Below, piece after piece: positions 37,784-46,732 of a DNA stretch of 64,000 bases. Every line of letters starts with the position of its first letter. Within the stretch, counting starts at the first letter, position 1. The stretch is from the NCBI GenBank assembly GCA_944387015.1, contig CALXDH010000007.1, positions 3,060 to 67,059 on the forward strand, read 5' to 3'. The position numbers and the translations under genes were made by a program. The notes beneath the pieces were generated by a model. That model was not told the origin of the DNA, did not search any database, and saw only the letters and a list, made by a program, of their open reading frames with translations. This DNA comes from an uncultured Oscillospiraceae bacterium. Its GTDB lineage: Bacteria; Bacillota; Clostridia; Oscillospirales; Oscillospiraceae.

Positions 37784-38856
37784 TTCGGGGCGCGGGAGAC
37801 ATCGCCACCGGGATTGCCCTGCGGCTCTGGCGGGCGGGGATGCAGGTGGTGATGACGGACATCCCGGCGCCCACCGCCATCCGACGGACGGTGTGTTTTT
37901 CCCGGGCCGTGGTCCATGGTGAGGCGGAAGTGGAGGGGGTGCGGGCCCGCCATGCGGAGGGGCCGGAGCAGGCGGCGGAGCTGCTGAAAGGGGGCGTCAT
38001 CCCGGTGCTGGCGGACCCGGAGGGCAGCTGCATTCCCGTACTCAAGCCGGAGGCGGTGGTGGACGCCATTCTGGCCAAGAAGAACCTGGGCACCAAGATT
38101 ACTGACGCGCCGGTGGTGGTGGGCGTGGGCCCGGGCTTTACCGCCGGCGTGGACTGCCACGCGGTGGTGGAGACCATGCGGGGCCACACCCTGGGCCGGG
38201 TATATCACCAGGGAAGCGCCCTGCCCAATACCGGCATCCCCGGCCTCATCGGCGGCTTTGCGGGAGAGCGGGTGCTCCGGGCTCCGGCGGACGGCATCTT
38301 CCACCAGCTGCTGGACATCGGCGCCCAGGTGAAGATGGGGGACGTGGCCGCCACAGTGGACGGCGAACCCATGACCTGCACCCTGGATGGGGTCCTGCGG
38401 GGCATTCTGCCGGAGGGGACCCCGGTACACAAGGGCATGAAGGCAGGAGACATCGATCCCCGCTGTGCGGTGGAGCACTGCTACACTGCCAGCGACAAAG
38501 CGCTGGCGGTGGGCGGCGGCGTGCTGGAGGCCATTTTGCACCTGAGCGGGGCGCTGCGGCATCCATTGGTGCCGGCGGAGCCTGCGCTCTACGACCGGCT
38601 GGAGCAGGAACTGTTCCGACACAAGAGCCTGGCGGCGCTGGCGGCCCTCATCACCGGCGGCCGGGAGCTGGAGTTCACATACCGGGGAGAGCGGTATTTC
38701 CTCTCCCGCAGTGGGGCCGAACGGGGCGTCTCCCTGTGGAAGGGAGAGCAGGAGACCTCCCGGGCGGACATCTGGCAGCTTTTGTCCGACGCCCGGCTGG
38801 GGGAGCAGCCGTTTCTGGAGGCCTGGGACGCATGTACGCTGGAGACGTTATTTTGA
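37771..38856 (+). CDS. yqeB: Selenium-dependent molybdenum hydroxylase system protein YqeB with a ~100-aa C-terminal extension
   Basis: IRGAGDIATG, AIRRTVCFS, VDAILAK, ETMRGHTLG, KAGDIDPR and SDKALAVGGGVLEA, then an extra domain from ~38557. Confidence 0.9.
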   Translation: MLVVIRGAGDIATGIALRLWRAGMQVVMTDIPAPTAIRRTVCFSRAVVHGEAEVEGVRARHAEGPEQAAELLKGGVIPVLADPEGSCIPVLKPEAVVDAILAKKNLGTKITDAPVVVGVGPGFTAGVDCHAVVETMRGHTLGRVYHQGSALPNTGIPGLIGGFAGERVLRAPADGIFHQLLDIGAQVKMGDVAATVDGEPMTCTLDGVLRGILPEGTPVHKGMKAGDIDPRCAVEHCYTASDKALAVGGGVLEAILHLSGALRHPLVPAEPALYDRLEQELFRHKSLAALAALITGGRELEFTYRGERYFLSRSGAERGVSLWKGEQETSRADIWQLLSDARLGEQPFLEAWDACTLETLF

Positions 38857-38868
38857 GAGGTGCCTGGT

Positions 38869-39906
38869 ATGGAAAATGAAGTGAAACTGACCAAGCTTGC
38901 CAAGTGCGCCGGCTGCGGTGCCAAGGTGGGGGCGGGAGTGCTGGCCCAGCTGCTGGATGGGATCCGGGTCCACCAGGACCCCAATCTGCTGGTGGGCTTT
39001 GACAAGAGCGACGACGCGTCGGTGTACAAGGTGTCCGACGATTTGGCCCTGGTGCAGACAGTGGACTTTTTCCCGCCCATTGCCGACGATCCCTACCTCT
39101 TCGGGCAGATCGCCGCCACCAACGCCCTCTCGGACGTGTACGCCATGGGGGGTGAGCCGAAGCTGTGTTTGAACATCATGGCCGTGCCGGAGGAAATGCC
39201 CAGGGACACCGTCCACCAGATCCTGCGGGGCGGCTACGATAAGGTCTACGAGGCCGGGGCCCTGATCACCGGTGGCCACAGCATTTTTGACGATGAACCC
39301 AAGTACGGCCTGGCGGTGACGGGCTTTGTCCGGCCGGACCGGGTGCTGACCAATTCGGGGGCCAAGCCGGGGGATGTGCTGATCCTGACCAAGCCTCTGG
39401 GGATCGGTGTCCTCACCAGTGCCGCCAAGGCGGACATGGCCTCCGAAGAAGGCGTGGCGCTGGCCCAGCGGCTGATGACCACGCTGAATAAGGCTGCCCG
39501 GGACGTGATGGTGCGCCATGCGGTCCACGCCTGCACCGATGTGACGGGCTTCGGTCTGCTGGGACACACCTGCGAGATGGCCCAGGGCAGCGACGTGGAA
39601 GTGGAGCTGCACGTGGCGGACATTGACCTGATCCCCGAGGCGGTGGAGCTGGCCCGGATGGGGCTGCTGCCCGCCGGGATGTACCGCAACCGCTCCTTCG
39701 CGGAGGCCCGGGTGGACCCGGGGACGACGGAGCTTTGCCGGCAGGACCTGCTCTATGATCCCCAGACCTCCGGCGGCCTTTTGATGGCGGCAGCGCCGGA
39801 GGACGCGGACGCCCTACTGGAGGAGCTGCGGCCGGTGGTCCCCAGCGCCCAGCGGATCGGCGTCGTCCGGCCCTATCAGGGCGGAAAGCGGATCTTCCTG
39901 GTTTGA
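38869..39906 (+). CDS. selD: Selenide, water dikinase, Cys form
   Basis: AKCAGCGAK, DDASVY, QTVDFFPP, ANALSDVYAMGG-like motif, TDVTGFGLLGH and DPQTSGGLL. Confidence 0.96.
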   Translation: MENEVKLTKLAKCAGCGAKVGAGVLAQLLDGIRVHQDPNLLVGFDKSDDASVYKVSDDLALVQTVDFFPPIADDPYLFGQIAATNALSDVYAMGGEPKLCLNIMAVPEEMPRDTVHQILRGGYDKVYEAGALITGGHSIFDDEPKYGLAVTGFVRPDRVLTNSGAKPGDVLILTKPLGIGVLTSAAKADMASEEGVALAQRLMTTLNKAARDVMVRHAVHACTDVTGFGLLGHTCEMAQGSDVEVELHVADIDLIPEAVELARMGLLPAGMYRNRSFAEARVDPGTTELCRQDLLYDPQTSGGLLMAAAPEDADALLEELRPVVPSAQRIGVVRPYQGGKRIFLV

Positions 39907-39913
39907 GGCACAC

Positions 39914-39943
39914 AAAAAGCGGCCGGCATTGCCGGCCGCTTTT
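39914..39943. terminator. Bidirectional terminator
   Basis: AAAAGCGGCCGGCA-T-TGCCGGCCGCTTTT. Confidence 0.8.
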
Positions 39944-39949
39944 CGCGGT

Positions 39950-40879
39950 TTAGTAGGCGGATTCCATCTCCTGGATGCGCTGATAGAGCCAGTCGTTCAC
40001 CGGCACGGGAATCCCGTGCTTTTGGGCCAGCCGGCGGATGGTGCCGGAGAACAGCTCCACCTCGCTTTTGCGGTGGGCCTTGCCGTCCTGGCGCATGGAG
40101 GGCTCGCTGTGGGGCTGGGCATTGTCCACCACGTCGGTCCAGAGGGCCACGTCCGCCTCGGACAGGGGGACCCCCTCGGCGTTGCCCACCGCCAGAACCT
40201 CCCGCATGGCCGCCAGCATGGTCTCCCGGGCGGGACCGGGGGATTGAAGGCCGCTGTAATCGCACTGGTAGACCATGGCCGCCTGATTGCAGCCCACGTT
40301 GCACAAAAGCTTGCTCCACATGGTGGCGCGGATGTCCTCCGGCAGGAGATACCGGAACCCGATGACATCAAAGAAGGCGGTCAGGCGGCGCAGATGGGCG
40401 TCGCTGTGCCCGGCGGGGACCCCCAGATTCATCTCGCCGGCGGGGGGCACGATGGGGGTCATGGTGACGCGGTTGCCCTCCTTCAAGGCGGCCATCTTGC
40501 CCACCATGCACCATACCACGCCATCCGGGCCGAAGGCGTCCACCAACAGCTCTTCGCTGATGATGCCGTTGAGAATGGAGATCAGCGTGGTCTCCGGTCC
40601 AACCAGATGGCGGCAGGTCTCGATGGCGTCAGGCAGTCCCGTGTATTTCACGGCGAAGAGCAGCACGTCCACCGGCTCCTTGACGGAGGCGGCGTCGGTG
40701 TAGTTCAGATCGCACCGCTCGCCGTTGTACCACATGCCGTCCCGGCGGTAGCGCTCTGTCCGCTCCCGGTCTGCCAGAACCAGAACGCGCTCCTTGCCCA
40801 GAGACTGGGTCAGCAGCGTTGCGTACATGGTGCCCAGGGCGCCCAGGCCGATGATGCCGATGGTCTTGATGTCTTTCAT
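39950..40879 (-). CDS. panE: Ketopantoate reductase family protein (PanE/ApbA)
   Basis: IIGLGALG, LFAVKY, SILNG, MWSKLLCN and PSMRQD...SEVE. Confidence 0.82.
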   Translation of the reverse strand: MKDIKTIGIIGLGALGTMYATLLTQSLGKERVLVLADRERTERYRRDGMWYNGERCDLNYTDAASVKEPVDVLLFAVKYTGLPDAIETCRHLVGPETTLISILNGIISEELLVDAFGPDGVVWCMVGKMAALKEGNRVTMTPIVPPAGEMNLGVPAGHSDAHLRRLTAFFDVIGFRYLLPEDIRATMWSKLLCNVGCNQAAMVYQCDYSGLQSPGPARETMLAAMREVLAVGNAEGVPLSEADVALWTDVVDNAQPHSEPSMRQDGKAHRKSEVELFSGTIRRLAQKHGIPVPVNDWLYQRIQEMESAY

Positions 40880-40940
40880 AAAAGCCGCTCCTTTGAAAAG
40901 AGCGGCGGAACCAGTCCGCCGCTCATTTTGGTATGGGTTT

Positions 40941-41828
40941 TCAGGCGATCCGGGCCAGCCACTTGAGATCGTAGGGCTCGAACACCACATGCTCGTAGGC
41001 GTCCACGTCCAGCAGCGTGCCGTCCCAGTCGGAGTGGATGTCGCCGTTTTGCTTGATGAGGATGTCGTAGAGGATGTCGTAGGTGACGCCGTCTTCCGGA
41101 TCCTGCTCCACGATGGTGGAGTAGGGCAGCGTCTTGTGGTAGGTCAGGGGCATGCCCTTGTAGTCGAAGTGGAAGCCGCAGCGCATCCGGCAGCCGTCCA
41201 GACCGGTGTAGCGGGCGATCTTCTTGAGATCCTGGAGGATCTTGTCGCCCTCTTCCTCATAGAGGTTGTCCGGCGTGGTGGCGGTGTAGTCGAAGCGGAA
41301 CTGGATGGAGGCGCCGGGGATCTTGCGGAAGCGCTCCATATAGGGCACCAGCTGCTCGGCGGGATAGTTCTTGTAGAGCACGCAGTTGACCCGGAAGGGG
41401 ACCGGCAGACGGGCCAGCAGATCGTCGTTGGACTCTACCACATAGTGCTGCATGTGGCGGGAGACGTTGACGCAGGTGATCTTGTGCTTGTTGCGCTCCA
41501 TGAAGGCCAGGACCTCGGCCTCCGGCTGGTGCTCGGACACCGGCAGGGTGGTGTTGATATAGACCTTGTGGGTGGTGGGGATCTCGTCGAGCATCATCTG
41601 GAGGGACTCCAGATTGGCCAGAGGCTCGCCGCCGGTGAACACAAAGTCGCAGTTGGGCGTGATGGCATCCATCCGCCGGATGCTCTCACAGATCTTCTCG
41701 GCGGAAAAGCCCGTCAGATCCGCGTATTCGCCTTTGTTGATGCAGAAGGGGCAGTGGTTCTTGCAGTCATAAGGGACGAAGATCGTTACCGTGGCGCCGC
41801 CTTCCCGCGTCTTATAGGGATGTTTCAT
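40941..41828 (-). CDS. Radical SAM protein of unknown function
   Basis: CKNHCPFC (CxxxCxxC) and FTGGEP; no further recognisable family motif. Confidence 0.85.
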   Translation of the reverse strand: MKHPYKTREGGATVTIFVPYDCKNHCPFCINKGEYADLTGFSAEKICESIRRMDAITPNCDFVFTGGEPLANLESLQMMLDEIPTTHKVYINTTLPVSEHQPEAEVLAFMERNKHKITCVNVSRHMQHYVVESNDDLLARLPVPFRVNCVLYKNYPAEQLVPYMERFRKIPGASIQFRFDYTATTPDNLYEEEGDKILQDLKKIARYTGLDGCRMRCGFHFDYKGMPLTYHKTLPYSTIVEQDPEDGVTYDILYDILIKQNGDIHSDWDGTLLDVDAYEHVVFEPYDLKWLARIA

Positions 41829-41900
41829 GTCGAATCGGCCTTTCAAAATAGGTGTTAAAATGACGTTTAAAATGTCATCTGCAATTCATGTCAGTTTAAT

Positions 41901-41929
41901 ATTTTAATCGTTTTTTCTGCATAGGTCAA
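41901..41929 (-). promoter_or_regulatory. SigA promoter of the radical SAM gene
   Basis: TTGACC-17 bp-TAAAAT on the minus strand. Confidence 0.75.
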
Positions 41930-41998
41930 GAGGAAAACGAAAAAAGATGGCCAAATCCAACAAAATACGAAATTGACAACGGCTTCCGTTTGATCCAA

Positions 41999-43024
41999 TT
42001 ACAGCAGATCGATCAGGGTGTCCACATTCTCCGCCGTGGTGGCCCAGCTGGTGGCAAAGCGCACGACGGTCCGGCCATCGGGCAGCGTTTCCCAGAAGCT
42101 GAAGGAGACCTGCTGAGAAAGGCGGCTGCGTTGGGCCTCGTCCAGGATCACAAAGATCTGGTTGGTGGGATTTTCCATATAGAGCGGATACCCCTTGGCC
42201 TTCAGACCCTCCTTCAGGCGCTGGGCCATGGCGATGGCGTTGCGGCTGATGCGGAGGTAGAGATCGTCGGTGAACAGCGCGTCGAACTGCACGCCCAGCA
42301 GCCGGCCCTTGGCCAGCAGGGCGCCCCGGCGCTTGATGAGGGTGCCGAAGTGCTCCGGCGCGCCGTGACGGGGAAAGACCACCGCCTCACCGCACAAAGC
42401 GCCGACCTTGGTGCCGCCGATGTAGAATGCGTCGCAAAGCGCCGCCAGATCCGGCAGTGTCACATCATTGCCGGGACTTGCCAAGGCATAGCCCAGCCGG
42501 GCACCGTCCAGAAACAGCGGGATGTGGTACTCCCGGCAGACGGAAGAGAGTGCTTCCAGCTCCGCACGGGTATAGAGGGTGCCGTATTCGGAGGGATGGG
42601 AAAGATAGACCATGCCGGGGAATACCATATGCCAGTGGCTGTCATTTGCGTAGAAGGTCTGCAGATAGTCCCTTACGTCCCCGGCGTCCAGCTTGCCGTT
42701 GCGGTGGGGGATGGTGAGGACCTTGTGACCGGTGGCCTCCACAGCGCCGGCTTCATGGCCGTTGATGTGTCCGGTGTCCGCGGCGATAACGCCCTCATAT
42801 GGATGCAGCATGGCGTCGATGACGATCTGATTGGTCTGGGTGCCGCCGGAGAGGAAAAACACGTCGGCGTCCCCGCAGCCGCAGGCGGAGCGGATCTTTT
42901 CCTTGGCGGCGTCGCAGTAGCGGTCCTGGCCATAGCCGGGGAGCTGCTCCAGATTGGTCTCCAGCAGGTGCTGCAAAACGGCCTGGTGGGCGCCTTCGGC
43001 GTAGTCGCATTCAAAAGACAGCAT
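41999..43024 (-). CDS. ltaE: Low-specificity L-threonine aldolase family protein
   Basis: FECDY, YGQD, GGTQTNQ, HINGHEAGA, FLDGARL and IGGTKVG (PLP lysine). Confidence 0.88.
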   Translation of the reverse strand: MLSFECDYAEGAHQAVLQHLLETNLEQLPGYGQDRYCDAAKEKIRSACGCGDADVFFLSGGTQTNQIVIDAMLHPYEGVIAADTGHINGHEAGAVEATGHKVLTIPHRNGKLDAGDVRDYLQTFYANDSHWHMVFPGMVYLSHPSEYGTLYTRAELEALSSVCREYHIPLFLDGARLGYALASPGNDVTLPDLAALCDAFYIGGTKVGALCGEAVVFPRHGAPEHFGTLIKRRGALLAKGRLLGVQFDALFTDDLYLRISRNAIAMAQRLKEGLKAKGYPLYMENPTNQIFVILDEAQRSRLSQQVSFSFWETLPDGRTVVRFATSWATTAENVDTLIDLL

Positions 43025-43173
43025 GAGAGATTCTCCTTCATTTATAAAATAAGGGGAGACGCGGATACTTCATTTTACCGGTATCAGGGTGGTTTTGCAA
43101 GCGGGACTGTACACCCGGCAAGAAAACTGCTATACTAAATGCTTATGAAAGACTCGGAAAGGAGACGGATGAT

Positions 43174-44994
43174 ATGGAGAGCCTGACGGCGCCGCTGCAG
43201 ACGCTGCTGAGCGGTGTCACCGCGTTTTTGACGGCCCATCCGCTGGTGGGCAGCTGGTATACGGCATTCGTCCGTTTTTTGTTCCCGGTGGTGGCGTTTC
43301 TCATTTTGTTCCGGGCGTTTCGGTCGCTGCTGAAGGTGCCCCATACGCCGGAGATCTGGGGCCAGCTGAGCCTGCCCAACGGCACGCCGCTGCAGCTGAC
43401 CCACTGGGAAAATATCATCGGACGGGGAAAGACCGCGGACGTATTTTTGAATTACCCCAGCATCTCCCGCCAGCACGCGGCGCTGTGCCGGGGAGAGGAT
43501 GGACAGTGGACGGTGTATGACCTGGGTTCCAAAGGCGGCACTGCCGTCAACGGGGAGAAGGTAACGGACTCTGCCCCGGTGAAGCTGGGGGACACCATCA
43601 CCCTGGGCGGCGTGCCGCTGCTGTTTTTGCCTCAGACCGTGGCGGAACGGGAAGAACTGGAGGAAAAGCGCCGGGCAGAGCGTCCGGTGTCCAGCCTGCC
43701 CTCCTTCTTGGGACTGACGGTGTTTCAGGTGTTGGCCTGCGTGCAGCTGGTGATCGCCTGCGGGGCGGAGGAGGCGCCGCAGATCGTACTGGCCTTTCTG
43801 GGGCTGACGATTTTGATGTGGCTGTACTTCGTGGCGCTGCGGTGTACCCGCTGCGTGGGTTTCGAACTGGAGACCATCGCCTTCTTCCTCTCGACTCTCT
43901 CCCTCTCGGTGACGGCCTCCAGCGCCCCGGGGAGCCTTTTCAAGCAGTTCCTTGCCATTTTCCTGGGGCTGGGATTTTTCCTGGTACTGGGGCTTTTCCT
44001 GCGGGATCTTTCCCGGGTGCAGAAGATCCGCTGGCTGATGGCGGCGGGGGCCATCGGCCTTTTGGGGATCACACTGGTGCTGGGCAGTGCCAAGTACGGC
44101 GCCGTCAACTGGATCTCCATCGGCGGCCTTTCCTTCCAGCCCTCGGAGATCGCCAAGATCTTTTATATCTTTGCCGGCTCGGCTACGCTGGAGCGGCTCT
44201 TCCGTAAGCGGAACCTGACGCTTTTCATCGTGCTCACCGGTCTTTGCATCGGCCTTCTGGGGCTTATGAGCGACTTCGGCACTGCGGCCATCTTCTTTGT
44301 TACTTTCCTGGTGATCGCCTACCTCCGCTCGGGAGACTGGGCAACGCTGAGTCTGATCTGCGGCGGTGCGGTGTTCGGTGCCGGGATCATCGTCAAATTC
44401 AAGCCCTACATTCTGGCGCGCTTTGCCACCTGGGGCCACGCCTGGGAGGCGGCATCCACCACAGGCTATCAGCAGACCCGCACCATGTCCGCCGCCGCTT
44501 CCGGCGGGCTTTTGGGGATGGGCGCCGGAAACGGCTGGCTCCACAACGTGGCTGCGGCGGATACGGATCTGGTGTTCGGCATGATCTGTGAGGAGTGGGG
44601 GCTTCTGATCGCCGTCATGGCGGTAGGCGCCATCATCGCTCTGGCGTTTTTCGCGGTCCGGACCATTCGGGTGGGGCGGTCCAGCTTCTATACCATTGCG
44701 GCCTGCGCTGCCGGTTCTCTGCTGGTGTTCCAGACCTGCCTGAATGTGTTCGGCTCCGTGGATCTGCTGCCGCTGACCGGCGTCACGTTTCCCTTCGTCT
44801 CCAACGGCGGCTCTGCCATGATGTCCGCCTGGGGACTTCTGGCCTATCTGAAGGCTACGGACACCCGGGAAAACGCCAGCTTTGCCATCCGAAGGGGACC
44901 GCAGCGGCAGATCACGGCGGAAGCCCGCCGGCGGGCAGAACCCATCGGCGACCCCTTTGGGCAGGAAGAGGAGGCGGATCATGAAAAAGATTGA
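43174..44994 (+). CDS. FHA domain fused to a FtsW/RodA/SpoVE (SEDS) glycosyltransferase
   Basis: FHA: IIGRG, SISRQHA and DLGSKGGT. SEDS: WISIGGLSFQPSEIAK, DFGTA, GYQQ, DLVFGMICEEWG and TGVTFPFVSNGGS. Confidence 0.92.
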   Translation: MESLTAPLQTLLSGVTAFLTAHPLVGSWYTAFVRFLFPVVAFLILFRAFRSLLKVPHTPEIWGQLSLPNGTPLQLTHWENIIGRGKTADVFLNYPSISRQHAALCRGEDGQWTVYDLGSKGGTAVNGEKVTDSAPVKLGDTITLGGVPLLFLPQTVAEREELEEKRRAERPVSSLPSFLGLTVFQVLACVQLVIACGAEEAPQIVLAFLGLTILMWLYFVALRCTRCVGFELETIAFFLSTLSLSVTASSAPGSLFKQFLAIFLGLGFFLVLGLFLRDLSRVQKIRWLMAAGAIGLLGITLVLGSAKYGAVNWISIGGLSFQPSEIAKIFYIFAGSATLERLFRKRNLTLFIVLTGLCIGLLGLMSDFGTAAIFFVTFLVIAYLRSGDWATLSLICGGAVFGAGIIVKFKPYILARFATWGHAWEAASTTGYQQTRTMSAAASGGLLGMGAGNGWLHNVAAADTDLVFGMICEEWGLLIAVMAVGAIIALAFFAVRTIRVGRSSFYTIAACAAGSLLVFQTCLNVFGSVDLLPLTGVTFPFVSNGGSAMMSAWGLLAYLKATDTRENASFAIRRGPQRQITAEARRRAEPIGDPFGQEEEADHEKD

Positions 44995-46348
44995 ACGGCG
45001 GGCGTTGGTTTGCTGCATCCTGGCCATGCTGCTGGCGGCGGGACTTTGTGTCTTTCTGGGCAAATACCTTCTGAACGGCGGCAGCTGGGTCTCCTCGGCA
45101 TTCAACCGCCATCTCTATAACAGTTCCGGCGTCCTGGCCTGCGGCACAGTGCTGGACCGGGACGGGGATGTGCTCTCCACTGTGGAAAACGGGGAACGGA
45201 CGTATTACGACAACGCCGATGTCCGCCGGGCGACGCTTCACGCAGTGGGGGATCTCCAGGGCAACATCGGCACCGGCGCTCTGAATGCCTTTGCCGATAA
45301 GCTTACGGGCTATAACCTGCTCAACGGGGCCTTTGGGGCCCAGCAGGGAAACGACCTCTATCTGACCATTGACGCCCGGTACAACTACGAGGCCTACCAG
45401 GCGCTGGGAGGCCACGCGGGAACGGTGGCCGTCTACAACTACAAGACAGGGGAGATCATGTGCATGGTCTCCGCACCCTCTTACGATCCGCTGAACGTTC
45501 CTGCGGACATTGAGACCAACGACCGCTACAAGGGGGCGTATATCAATCGCTTCCTCTCCTCCACATTCACCCCCGGGTCCGTGTTCAAGACCGTCACGCT
45601 GACGGCGGCGCTGGAGCAGATCCCGGACCTGGAGAGCCGCACCTGGACCTGTAACGGCAGCGTGGAGATCGACGGAGAGACCATCGTCTGTTCCGGCACC
45701 CACGGTGAACAGAACATCGGGGACGCCTTCGCCAATTCCTGCAACGTGGCCTTTGCCCTGATCGCCCAGGAACTGGGCGGAGACGTGCTGGAGGAGTACA
45801 CACAAAAAGCGGGGCTGATGGACAGCTATTCCATCAACGGCCTTCCCACGGCCAAGGGGACCTTCCGGTTTCAGGACATCAGTGACGGAGAACTGGGCTG
45901 GTCCGGCGTGGGCCAGGGACAGGACCAGGTAAATCCGGCGTCGCTGATGGTCTACATGGGTGCCATCGCCAATGGAGGAAAGGCGGCGCAGCCCTATTTG
46001 ATCGAAAAGACGGTCAGCTCCCTGGGGATCCCATCCTTGCCCCACTTCACCAAAAAGACCGGCAGCCTGCTCAGCGCCGATACGGCCCAGCGCCTGGCGG
46101 ATATGATGGCAGACAATGTGGAGCGGACCTACGGTGCCTCACGGTTCCCCAATATGGACATCTGTGCCAAGTCCGGTACCGCGGAAGTGGGCGAGGGTCT
46201 GACGCCCCACGCCTGGTTTGCCGGATTCCTGCGCAATGAGGATGCGCCCTACGCATTCGTGGTGCTGGTGGAAAACGGCGGCGGCGGCAGCTCGGTGGCC
46301 GGTACGGTGGCCGCCAAGGTGCTGGATGTGATGGTCAACGGATACTGA
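44981..46348 (+). CDS. Class B penicillin-binding protein (monofunctional transpeptidase)
   Basis: N-terminal TM, PGSVFK (SxxK), SCN and KSGTA; overlaps the SEDS gene. Confidence 0.92.
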   Translation: MKKIERRALVCCILAMLLAAGLCVFLGKYLLNGGSWVSSAFNRHLYNSSGVLACGTVLDRDGDVLSTVENGERTYYDNADVRRATLHAVGDLQGNIGTGALNAFADKLTGYNLLNGAFGAQQGNDLYLTIDARYNYEAYQALGGHAGTVAVYNYKTGEIMCMVSAPSYDPLNVPADIETNDRYKGAYINRFLSSTFTPGSVFKTVTLTAALEQIPDLESRTWTCNGSVEIDGETIVCSGTHGEQNIGDAFANSCNVAFALIAQELGGDVLEEYTQKAGLMDSYSINGLPTAKGTFRFQDISDGELGWSGVGQGQDQVNPASLMVYMGAIANGGKAAQPYLIEKTVSSLGIPSLPHFTKKTGSLLSADTAQRLADMMADNVERTYGASRFPNMDICAKSGTAEVGEGLTPHAWFAGFLRNEDAPYAFVVLVENGGGGSSVAGTVAAKVLDVMVNGY

Positions 46349-46368
46349 TACGAAAGAGAGTCGAAACC

Positions 46369-46674
46369 ATGAAAGACAACAAGCGGGGCTTTTTGCTCCA
46401 AACGGTCAAGCAGATGAATAACGGCGCCATCGTCTCCGGCATCGGCTTTTTGCTGTATGTGGCCGCGTCGGCGCTGCAGCTGGAGGTTCTGGCGGACATC
46501 CTGGTGATCGCCTTCGGGATTGTGGCAGTGTATGTGCTGGTCTCGGTGGCGGAGGGAAGAAAAAAAGATAAAAAGGCTGTAAGCTATAACCTTCTCTGGG
46601 GGCAGACGGCGCTGACCATTTTGCTGGTGGGCTGTGCGGTGCTGACCATCCGGCTGCGGCTGGGACTGCAGTAA
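46369..46674 (+). CDS. Small hypothetical membrane protein (about 3 TM)
   Basis: 101-aa hydrophobic ORF 20 nt after the PBP gene and before the shared terminator. Confidence 0.65.
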   Translation: MKDNKRGFLLQTVKQMNNGAIVSGIGFLLYVAASALQLEVLADILVIAFGIVAVYVLVSVAEGRKKDKKAVSYNLLWGQTALTILLVGCAVLTIRLRLGLQ

Positions 46675-46684
46675 AGCCTCAACG

Positions 46685-46722
46685 AAAAAAGAGGACCGCA
46701 CCACTGGTGCGGTCCTCTTTTT
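46685..46722. terminator. Bidirectional terminator
   Basis: AAAAAGAGGACCGCACC-ACT-GGTGCGGTCCTCTTTTT. Confidence 0.88.
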
Positions 46723-46732
46723 ATTTGTCCGC

